Part shown: piece by piece, positions 55,653 to 64,000 of the stretch
How the letters are laid out: every line of letters begins with the position of its first letter
Numbering within the stretch: position 1 is the first letter of the stretch
From: Curvularia clavata
Taxonomy: Eukaryota
Length of the DNA stretch: 64,000 nucleotides
NCBI GenBank assembly: GCA_023920165.1
Contig: CP089274.1
Coordinates: 1,550,001-1,614,000, forward strand
Direction of reading: 5' to 3'
Program-made: the position numbers and the translations under genes
The notes under the pieces: model-generated
Database searches by the model: none
What the model was told of the DNA's origin: nothing
What the model saw: only the letters and a program-made list of their open reading frames with translations

Positions 55653-58082
55653 ATGTCGAAAGAAAAGAGCATGGAGCCAACAGTTCAAAACAGTGAAAGT
55701 GGATCCGTAGGAATGAATAAGGGAAAGAAGAGAAAGAGAGCTCAACCAGCCAAAGATGGCTACAGTATTAAAAAGGGTGCCGGCCAATTGACGAAGTTTG
55801 ATGACTCGGAGGATGATACGCCAAATCCTGTCAAGAAAGAGGGAAGCAATGTTGATGCCGTGAAGAAGCCAGAATCTTTCACGAAATCGCCAGCAGTGCA
55901 GGTGGAGAAACTACCCGAGCATAACAAATCGGAGGCATCGACGCAGCTAGCAGAATCCAATCTAAAACGCGAGCATCAGTCACGGGCTAGGAATAAGCAG
56001 CCGCAGCGATTGCGAAACTCTCAAAAAACACAAGATATACCAGCTCATCTACTTCAAAAACGCGACGAACTGCGAACAATCCGAAAATCCCTTCCCATAT
56101 GGCCCCAAGCGGACTCCATCCGAGCGGCGCTACAGAGGAACAACGTGCTCGTCTTGACCGGAGAAACTGGTTCCGGAAAATCAACACAGGTCCCTCAATT
56201 TCTAACCAACGAGTCCTGGTGTACAGGATGCATAGCGATAACGCAGCCTCGAAGAGTGGCAGCCATCTCTTTGGCACGTCGTGTTGCGGAAGAGATGGGT
56301 AGCTTGCTTGGCGACAAGGGCCCATCGGCCAAGGTTGGCTACAGTGTTCGTTTCGACAATGCCGTGGGGAAGCATACCAAAGTCAAGTTTCTCACAGAAG
56401 GTATGCTACTCCAGGAGATGCTCAGGGACCCCAACATGTCGCAGTACAGTGCAATAGTGGTGGATGAAGTTCACGAAAGGAGCGTGAATGTGGATCTCAT
56501 TCTTGGATTTTTGAGGAATCTGGTGGCAGATAGGGAGAATAACAAGAAGAGGAAGCATCCGCTAAAGGTTGTAGTGATGAGTGCTACAGCAGATGTGGAG
56601 AGCCTTGTGAAGTTCTTCGGAGGCGATCAATCCACACTAAACTCCGACGAGGCGATCGATAAACCAAAGACACCGGTGACCAACACGGTTTCCACATGCT
56701 ATGTAGAAGGACGGCAATACCCAGTCAAGACGATATATCTGCCACAGCCCACGCAAGACTGGATCGAGTCTGCCTTGAAATTGGTTTTCCAGATACATTA
56801 CAAGGAGCCCTTACCGGGTGATATACTGGTCTTTCTCACTGGCCAAGACACCATTGAAGCTCTCGAGAAACTAATCAACGACTATGCCGAAGGCATGGAT
56901 GAAGGGGTTCCTAAACTTCTGGCTCTCCCACTTTTCGCAGCTCTCCCCCAACACGCTCAACAACGCATTTTCCAGCCAGCACCCTACCGAACACGGCGAG
57001 TCATTCTTGCGACCAACATTGCAGAAACATCCGTCACTGTTCCCGGTATTCGCTTCGTTGTAGACTGCGGCAAGTCCAAGATCAAGCAATTCCGGAATCG
57101 TTTGGGTCTTGAGTCTTTACTCGTAAAGCCAATTTCCAAATCAGCTGCTATCCAACGCAAGGGTCGTGCTGGTCGTGAGGCACCGGGCCAGTGCTATCGT
57201 CTGTACACTGAAGATGCGTACAAGACAATGGAGGAGCGTACTATACCTGAAATTCTTCGGTGCGACCTCAGCCAGGCCATTCTAACAATGAAAGCACGTG
57301 GTGTCGACGACGTGCTGAGTTTCCCATTCCTCGATCGGCCACCGCGAGAGGCACTGGAGAAAGCCCTGCTGCAGCTCCTGCATCTGCAGGCACTCACAGA
57401 AACAGGTGAAATCAGTGATATGGGCCTGAAGATTGCCAAATTTCCGCTGACGCCTACATTGGGTCGCGTGCTTGTTGAAGCCGCGAAACCAGAGCGTGAT
57501 TGTCTCCTTGACGTAATTGACATCATCTCTGCACTGAGCGTCGAGAATGTTTTTCTCAATCTCGTTACCGAAGAGCGCAAAGAGGAGGCAGAAGAAGTGC
57601 GACGTGAGCTATACCGCCGCGAAGGTGACCACTTGACCCTTCTAGTTACCGTGCAGAGATTTGCTGCCGAGGACAAGGCACAGCGCAAAGCATGGTGCGA
57701 AAAACACTATGTATCGCACCGCGCTATGGACAACGTCATGAAGATCAGGACTCAGCTACGAGAGCAGTGCAAGCAGCAAAAGCTGTTATCAAACGAGGAT
57801 GCGCAGTCTGATAATGCACCCTCAGAGGCGAAGAGCCAGGCTATATTGGCGTGCATGTTGAGGGGATTTATCGCCAACACGGCGAGGTTAATGCCCGATG
57901 GAAGCTACAAGACGTTGATGGGAAATCAGACCATCGCGATTCACCCTAGCTCAGTACTGTTCGGAAAGAAGGTAGAGGCGATTGTGTTTAATGAGTTTGT
58001 ATTCACAGGCAAGGCATGGGCAAGAGGTGTTAGTGCGGTGCAGTTGGACTGGGTTTCAGAAGTTATCGATGCCATCATGTAG
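55653..58082 (+). CDS. DHR2: DEAH-box RNA helicase, Dhr2/DHX33 type
   Basis: GETGSGKST, TQPRRVAA, DEVHER, MSAT, ATNIAETS and QRKGRAGR, plus HA2/OB-fold C-terminus. Start codon is uncertain. Confidence 0.88.
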   Translation: MSKEKSMEPTVQNSESGSVGMNKGKKRKRAQPAKDGYSIKKGAGQLTKFDDSEDDTPNPVKKEGSNVDAVKKPESFTKSPAVQVEKLPEHNKSEASTQLAESNLKREHQSRARNKQPQRLRNSQKTQDIPAHLLQKRDELRTIRKSLPIWPQADSIRAALQRNNVLVLTGETGSGKSTQVPQFLTNESWCTGCIAITQPRRVAAISLARRVAEEMGSLLGDKGPSAKVGYSVRFDNAVGKHTKVKFLTEGMLLQEMLRDPNMSQYSAIVVDEVHERSVNVDLILGFLRNLVADRENNKKRKHPLKVVVMSATADVESLVKFFGGDQSTLNSDEAIDKPKTPVTNTVSTCYVEGRQYPVKTIYLPQPTQDWIESALKLVFQIHYKEPLPGDILVFLTGQDTIEALEKLINDYAEGMDEGVPKLLALPLFAALPQHAQQRIFQPAPYRTRRVILATNIAETSVTVPGIRFVVDCGKSKIKQFRNRLGLESLLVKPISKSAAIQRKGRAGREAPGQCYRLYTEDAYKTMEERTIPEILRCDLSQAILTMKARGVDDVLSFPFLDRPPREALEKALLQLLHLQALTETGEISDMGLKIAKFPLTPTLGRVLVEAAKPERDCLLDVIDIISALSVENVFLNLVTEERKEEAEEVRRELYRREGDHLTLLVTVQRFAAEDKAQRKAWCEKHYVSHRAMDNVMKIRTQLREQCKQQKLLSNEDAQSDNAPSEAKSQAILACMLRGFIANTARLMPDGSYKTLMGNQTIAIHPSSVLFGKKVEAIVFNEFVFTGKAWARGVSAVQLDWVSEVIDAIM

Positions 58083-58162
58083 AGAGATAAGACTCCAGCA
58101 CGTTTGCATAGTATTGCAAGAGATACCACGAATCAATTTTTAATCTGCATATCACTCTCTCC

Positions 58163-60220
58163 TCATCTGCGTCTGCCTGCCCCAGCAGCAGCCCCTTCTT
58201 TATCCGCCAAACTAACCACCTCTCCAATACCAGCTGCCTCCTGCTCATCCTCCAGCGCACGAATTTCCTCCCTGCAATCCCACCACTTCTCTTCCGCCTG
58301 GTCAAATGCCATCTTCTTGACTTCCTTGGGACTCCTTTCCGCACTCGTGCCCTTCTTCTCCAGTGCTTCCAGTACAAGGTTCTGCCACTGCTCCGACGTG
58401 CGAGCGTAAAAGTCGCGAAGAGACTCGAACGGCCGCGGGTGCGGAAGCGTGTCTGTAAGCGCGGATATCTCTTCCTGAGAACCCATATCCTCTGTGACTG
58501 GAGTAGCAGGAGCTTCTGCGACGCTAGTTGGGGCAGTAGAAACGGACTTGATGTCTTCGTCGTCGCCTTCGTCCTCTTCGTCGGAATCTTCTTCGTCCTC
58601 GTCTTCCTCGTCTGAGTCGGCTTCATCCTCGCTGCCTTGCCAGTCTTCTAGCTCGCGCTTGAAGATCTCTGTCACGCCATCAAGATGATTCAGGTTGACA
58701 GACCAAAGCTCATCAAAGGTGAATTCGCGGTCGCCCTTTTCAAAAGTGCCGCCGTAGATGTATAAGGTGTCCGCTTGTACAGTGAGCGCAGCGTTGAAGC
58801 GAGGGTGTGGGAACTCGAATATCTTTGGCTTCTCTGGACGCGAATCGTCTTCTTCCTCTTCTTCTTTAGCCTTGGCAGCTTCGTCGTCTGAGTCTGGGTC
58901 CGAGGCGACTCCAGCCTTCATTTCGAGCGCCTTCAAGTTAGCGAGTAATTCTTCTTCGGCTGCTTTGCCACGGTCTCGACGGCTGATGTTTGCTTGTTGA
59001 GCGGCCCTCTTATTCGCATTTTGCTTGGGCCGGCGCAAGGTAAGTGGCATAAAGCGGTTTCGTTCTACGTTCCAGATGAACAGCTGGTTGAAGAACTCAG
59101 AATCTATTCCCTCTTCACTCTCCTCGACATCGTGCACTCCACCGAACATGACACCACGCCCCTTATGGTAAGCCATAGTGGCACCTGCACGCGGTGGGTT
59201 CGGCGCGTTCGCTGGCTTCTTTCGCTTCTCCCATGAGACCGTTGGCAGTGTTGTAGAAGGCTGATCTGCAGGCGGTGGCGTGATGCGTAAGAACCAGGTG
59301 TCATCGTGAACCTTCGGCTTCAGAACCATGCGCGAAGCCGGGCCTCCACCACCGCTCTTCTTGCCTTTGCCCTGTTGTTGCTGCTGCTTTCCACCGGCTT
59401 GTGCCTTGACACGGGAGTATCCACCGTAAATGACGGCACCCTGATCGTGGGGGAGGAATGTAAAACTGGATCGAGCATCCGGTATCGCACGAGCCGCCTG
59501 GAGCTTTGGTGTGTGCCATGAGAAATTGACGCAATCGTAGATCCAGAGATCATTCAAATACTTTGTAGTGGCGGAGGTGTCTTGAAACCCTCCCCAAAGG
59601 ATGATGTACTGTTTGAAGCTGACCATGCGATGACCGCTTCGTGCTGGTGGTGCTGCTGTCTTGCTCTTACCCTCCATACGCGTCCACTCCCTATTTGTCG
59701 GATCCAATTTCCAGAAATCATTGTAGTGGTAAAAGGTTCCTTGTTTAGGGGAGCTGAATTCGCCGCCAAATAGATAAATTTCCTTTGTGTTCGCTGCGCG
59801 ACACCAGGCATGTCCAGATCGAGGGAGTGGCGAGTTGGGACTTGTCACTTGCTTCCAGGCATCTTGCTTAATGTTGTAGATCATGAGGTCGTTGAAGAAC
59901 TTTGCAGTAGCTCCGTTGAAATACTCGCCTCCGAATAAGAAGATTTCATTCTCGTTACCCGGGTTAGCAATGAGGGTACATGAGGTTCGTGCCGATGGCG
60001 GCTCAGCAGCTATCTCGGTGATTGCATGATGTTGCTCTTGCTCTTTGGCATATTGCGCCAGGATCGCGTCGAGATCAACGTCTTCTGCGTCAGAATCGAG
60101 TTCCTGTGTCTTGGATGCGAGCTTTTTATCCTTCTTGCCTGCCTTCTTCTCTTGCTTGGCGGCTTTGGCGGCTTTGGCAGCAGCCTTGCCACCGGATGCT
60201 TTCTTCTTGTCTTTGGCCAT
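58163..60220 (-). CDS. KEL3: Kelch-repeat protein Kel3/KLHDC4 with C-terminal DUF4110-like domain
   Basis: Kelch repeats LFGGEY, LFGGEFSSPKQ.TFYHYND, WGGFQD, MFGGVHD and IYGG; C-terminal PHPRPFESLRDFY.RT..W. Confidence 0.92.
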   Translation of the reverse strand: MAKDKKKASGGKAAAKAAKAAKQEKKAGKKDKKLASKTQELDSDAEDVDLDAILAQYAKEQEQHHAITEIAAEPPSARTSCTLIANPGNENEIFLFGGEYFNGATAKFFNDLMIYNIKQDAWKQVTSPNSPLPRSGHAWCRAANTKEIYLFGGEFSSPKQGTFYHYNDFWKLDPTNREWTRMEGKSKTAAPPARSGHRMVSFKQYIILWGGFQDTSATTKYLNDLWIYDCVNFSWHTPKLQAARAIPDARSSFTFLPHDQGAVIYGGYSRVKAQAGGKQQQQQGKGKKSGGGGPASRMVLKPKVHDDTWFLRITPPPADQPSTTLPTVSWEKRKKPANAPNPPRAGATMAYHKGRGVMFGGVHDVEESEEGIDSEFFNQLFIWNVERNRFMPLTLRRPKQNANKRAAQQANISRRDRGKAAEEELLANLKALEMKAGVASDPDSDDEAAKAKEEEEEDDSRPEKPKIFEFPHPRFNAALTVQADTLYIYGGTFEKGDREFTFDELWSVNLNHLDGVTEIFKRELEDWQGSEDEADSDEEDEDEEDSDEEDEGDDEDIKSVSTAPTSVAEAPATPVTEDMGSQEEISALTDTLPHPRPFESLRDFYARTSEQWQNLVLEALEKKGTSAERSPKEVKKMAFDQAEEKWWDCREEIRALEDEQEAAGIGEVVSLADKEGAAAGAGRRR

Positions 60221-60526
60221 TTCCGGATTTTGGAAATTGGGCCTGGTCAGGCGAAGTGTCCCTTATATTGTTGTTACGTTTGTGGTTTTGTGGGTTGGGA
60301 GCCCTCCTCAATTTGCCCCTCAGTAGTTTCGAATTTTTCGAACTGCAGTATTGATTCCGTAGGGGCCCTTCAGCCACCGCGCTAATAGTGAACACGGCTT
60401 TCACTAGATAATGAATAGATCTATGAAGCCGACTTCGCCAGGTATACGTTTCGCAGGGTTTCGCTGCCTCGTGGATCTTTTCCCCACTGCTGATCCTTCG
60501 GAGCAGACGTTAAGGAGCGGCCGTGC

Positions 60527-60536
60527 TTATCGATAA
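60527..60536. promoter_or_regulatory. TTATCGATAA palindrome in the KEL3/proline iminopeptidase divergent promoter
   Basis: Exact 10-bp palindrome ~55 bp before the iminopeptidase ATG, followed by a further GATAA. Confidence 0.5.
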
Positions 60537-60591
60537 CACTGATAAACATTCACTCCCCACCTCTTGTCTCTCGTCACAAACACTCCACAAA

Positions 60592-62093
60592 ATGATTCAA
60601 GCAGCAAAGATCCTCGAGCAGAGGAGCCATACCGTGCCTGGTACTGAAACATCCGACCTACTTCACCTATAGGAAATAACACCATACAGGCAAGCTTCGG
60701 ATTACGGAGCACTTGTTTCAAGTACCCCGTGACTACTGTATGTAGGATTCTGCTTAATTACACAGAAAACGAAATATTCAGGTCTTTTAACACTCCCAAA
60801 GCGAACCCATCTCTTGGAACAATCCAGCTTTTCGCCCGTTCCGCGCTCAAAGCCGAAAAGCCTGCCGACTACACGTCCACTTCGCACCTAGAGCGCTCGA
60901 AAACGCAGCTTCCATGGCTCGTCTATTTGCAAGGTGGTCCTGGTTTTGAATGCAGACCACCCCAGAATGTATCCTGGACGCAAACTATCCTTGACAAAGG
61001 ATATCAAGTGCTCATGCTTGACCAGCGTGGTACCGGCCTCTCAACCGCCATCAGCCAATCGAGCTTGCAGCTGAGAGGGGATGAGAAAGTACAGGCAGAC
61101 TACATGAAAAGCTTCAGAGCAGACAGCATAGTTAAGGATTGCGAAGCTGTGAGGAAAGCCTTGACAGCTGATTATCCTGAAGACAAAAAGAAATGGAGTA
61201 TCATGGGGCAGAGCTTTGGTGGTTTCTGTGCCACAACTTACATCTCGTTTTATCCCGAAGGCGTCAAAGAAGCGTTCCTTTTTGGAGGTCTTCCACCTCT
61301 GAGGGATAATGCAGATGAGGTGTATGAGCGATTGTATGCACGTGTGAAGACCAGGAACGAGGGTTATTACAAGAAGTATCCGGAAGACGTGGAGAGAGTC
61401 AAACGTATCATCAAGCTGCTCTCCCGTTTCGGTGATAGCACAGTACGCGTTCAAGGCGGCGAAGGTTCGCTCACTGCACGTCGCTTCCTCCAACTGGGTA
61501 TCTACTTCGGCAAGCATGGCGGCTTTGATGAGGTACACAACTTGGTTCTACGTGCCGACACGGATCTTAGCCAGTTTGGCCATTTGACCCGTCCGACCGT
61601 GCTCGCGCTGGAAGCTGCGCAAAGCTGGGATACGAATGTCATCTACGCCCTACTCCATGAGCCCATCTACTGTCAAGGACAAGCTGCTAACTGGTCCGCT
61701 GAACGCCTCCTTCCCAAACACCCCGAGTTCTCACTTTCCCGCATTGACTCTGAGGATCCGGTTTACTTTACGGGCGAGATGATCTATCCCTTCATGTTCG
61801 ACTGCTACCCTGAACTCACTAAACTGAAGACAGTGGGGCAGCTGCTGGCTTTGGAAAACGACTGGCCCAAGCTATACGATGTAGAGCAGCTGAAGAAGAA
61901 TGAAGTGCCGACATACGCAGCCGTATACATGGACGACATGTATGTTGATTTTGACCTGAGCATGGAGACGGCCAACACGATCAAGGGCTGCAAGCCGTTT
62001 GTGACGAATATGATGTACCACAACGGAATCGGTGCAAAGACAGACGAGGTACTGAAACAGATCTTTTCTTTGAGGGATGACGTTATGGATTAG
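60592..62093 (+). CDS. Proline iminopeptidase (S33 alpha/beta hydrolase); exons 60592-60640, 60690-60737, 60802-62093
   Basis: F.VP.DY, YLQGGPG, LDQRGTGLS, FRADSIV.D.E, nucleophile GQSFGG, YALLHE.IY, FTGEMI, Y.DDMYV and HNG. Confidence 0.92.
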
Positions 62094-62166
62094 CTTGCAT
62101 AGCATCGGAGTCTATGACTCTCGGAGCTAGCTCATTACTGTACTTCATCGATGCCATGCATCAAGT

Positions 62167-63516
62167 TCATGGCTTCATGAGCTTCTGTGCCTGTGTTAAC
62201 TGTGCCTCCAAATCAATATCCCATATCCAGTTCATCCTCTGCCGAAAATTTTCCTCAATCTTATCGAGGTCGTCCCCAAATAGCTCAAAGTCGTACAGCT
62301 GGCCTGCCTCATAGCTTGTAGTCACATTCTTCTGTGTCCTCTCCCGTCTCACTTGGTCAAAAGCGCTGAATGCTCGTTGTAGCTCTTCCGTGTTGTTCGC
62401 GTCTTTGATGAGATTGGCCAGAATGTACGAATCTTCTATGCACATACCAGCGCCGGCGCCCTGGTGTGGGGTCGTCGCATGTGCAGCATCGCCTAGTAGA
62501 CACACGCGGCCTTTGGTATAAGTGTCACATGGCGGGTGCATAAACAGGGCCCATATGTCCGGCTTTTGCATAGCACCAACGATCTTTTGCACATGGGGCC
62601 CCCATTCGGCGAAGTCGGCCTGCATGTCTTCTTTAGACGTGGAAACGACCCACTTCTCGTCTTCCCATGTATCGCGTGACCTAAACGCAACGACTGTAAT
62701 GACACTATCAGTAAGACATTGGGATATTGGAGCGGTGAGAATACCATTCATGACTTTTCCGTGAGAGATAGGGAATGTGAGGAGGTGACCATGATACCCT
62801 AGGTACATCTGACTGTTCCTAGCCGCCTCATTGCCGAGCAACTCGACTGCTTCATCCATGGGTATCAGTCCTCGGTACGCATACTTCCCTGAAAAGACAG
62901 CCTTTGATGCATGGTTGTCTCTCCCAACTAGCCATTTCCTCGTCATGGATTTAATTCCGTCACAGCCAACGACTGCAGTATGTTGTGCTGTAGAATCATC
63001 CGCAAATTTCAGCACAATGTCACCAGACCCGTCATCTGCTTCATCGATGTCTACGAGTCTCTTGTCAAACTTGGCGACATTATCCGGTATATCCTTTACC
63101 AGTTCGTCCAGAAAGTGGGCTCTGTACACACCGCCACGTCCTCCGCCTGAGGGTAGGGGTATATCGAACAGGGCATCACCCACCTTCTTGCCCTCCCTAA
63201 CGTAGCCATCTTTATTTGCCTTCCTAGCATCTCCTACCCGAATCGTGAACCAAGAATTCCTCTTTGAATCATCGGCATTCCCGGTCTTGCATTTTAGAAA
63301 CGCCTGGTAAATCTTGGGTGACATGAGCTCCATTGCGCGCCCTGCATTTGGCCCAAAGGCGACGCCAGCACCAATCTCGCCAAAATGCGGTGCTGCTTCA
63401 TAGACGGTGATGGGGATGTCGTACTGGAGGAGGGTTATGGCCAGGGCTAGACCTGATATGCCACCGCCAACTATGGCAAGGGAATAAGGTTTTGAAGAAG
63501 AGTTTGCAGACGTCAT
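62167..63516 (-). CDS. FAD-dependent monooxygenase, salicylate hydroxylase-like; exons 63516-62745, 62693-62167
   Basis: IVGGGISG, FGEIGAG, GCDGIKS, AYRGLIP and LLGDAAHATTPHQGAGAG..IED. In-frame 51-nt intron. Confidence 0.93.
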   Translation of the reverse strand: MTSANSSSKPYSLAIVGGGISGLALAITLLQYDIPITVYEAAPHFGEIGAGVAFGPNAGRAMELMSPKIYQAFLKCKTGNADDSKRNSWFTIRVGDARKANKDGYVREGKKVGDALFDIPLPSGGGRGGVYRAHFLDELVKDIPDNVAKFDKRLVDIDEADDGSGDIVLKFADDSTAQHTAVVGCDGIKSMTRKWLVGRDNHASKAVFSGKYAYRGLIPMDEAVELLGNEAARNSQMYLGYHGHLLTFPISHGKVMNGILTAPISQCLTDSVITVVAFRSRDTWEDEKWVVSTSKEDMQADFAEWGPHVQKIVGAMQKPDIWALFMHPPCDTYTKGRVCLLGDAAHATTPHQGAGAGMCIEDSYILANLIKDANNTEELQRAFSAFDQVRRERTQKNVTTSYEAGQLYDFELFGDDLDKIEENFRQRMNWIWDIDLEAQLTQAQKLMKP

Positions 63517-64000
63517 GGTGATGTGGAAAGTGGTCGGTCAAGATCAAGGTCAAGAGACTGTCGAGGCCAGTTTGAATGTCAAGTCAACCTACAAGCTGAA
63601 AATGAGCAATGATCGTTAATATGTAGCCCGACTGCGCTCACTTGGATTCTTAGCTTGCTTTTTCGGGCCTTTATTCTCGATGAGGCATGAGGCAAAGAAC
63701 GTCATTCGGCACAGGTGTGATGCAGTAGTCCTTGCAGTTATATGGAAATGCGCATGTCTTAAGGTGGGCCACGTCGGAAGAAGTTCGGTACGTGCGTATA
63801 CATTATCCGATGCCAAATGCCTTGAGAAGGCGGACTTCTCGCCACGGCATAGCTGCCCAGCGCGATGTGGGGTGCATCGATGAACGTGTGGGGTATATTG
63901 AGTTGAGATGTGACCATCACACCAATTCGGCTAGCGGATTAGCCAACCACATCCATAGCTATCTTACATCCAGACCGAGGCAGAAATAACGACAGGGCTG

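Noticed and set aside
55594..55656. Possible extra first exon for DHR2 (ATG 55594 ... caa|gtatgt)
   Set aside because: The ATG is 3 nt from the promoter palindrome, and I found no convincing branch point and acceptor that restore the frame.
56464..56475. DEVH instead of DEAH in the DHR2 helicase
   Set aside because: DExH variation is common in this family and all other motifs are intact.
1..64000. tRNA, rRNA, CRISPR arrays, intact transposons, PKS/NRPS backbone genes
   Set aside because: None recognised by eye; small ncRNAs cannot be excluded without an Rfam or tRNAscan search.

Overview
This is a gene-dense stretch of a filamentous ascomycete genome. It has short GT-AG introns with CTRAC branch points; the proteins look Dothideomycete/Pleosporales-like, which is my inference. 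I can support about 23 intact protein-coding genes, mostly housekeeping: CCT7, an Hrt3-type F-box protein, MTM1, UTP22, PCM1/PIMT, augmin HAUS1, cystathionine gamma-synthase, an atypical zinc-finger transcription factor, a GTPBP1/2 GTPase, NUP37, APC1/bimE, NUP42/AMO1, GPI1, a LaeA-like methyltransferase, MIC26/27, OCT1, DHR2, KEL3, a proline iminopeptidase and an FAD monooxygenase. There is also an accessory catabolic mini-cluster (alpha/beta hydrolase, P450, SDR and an internally deleted carboxylesterase pseudogene), a (TTC)36 microsatellite and a poly-G tract. I recognised no tRNA, rRNA, CRISPR array or intact transposon. The most interesting observation is a spliced 92-aa two-TM microprotein gene whose stop lies only 20 nt upstream of the GPI1 ATG. 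This suggests a bicistronic mRNA, and an alternative acceptor would fuse the two in frame. Other highlights are two probable non-AUG N-terminal extensions (a mitochondrial-presequence-like one on PCM1 and a 528-nt AUG-free in-frame leader on the zinc-finger factor), a recurrent TTATCGATAA promoter palindrome, and an identical 16-mer with an SreA-type GATA core in two promoters. All exon boundaries were read by eye, and gene names come from motif recognition rather than database searches.
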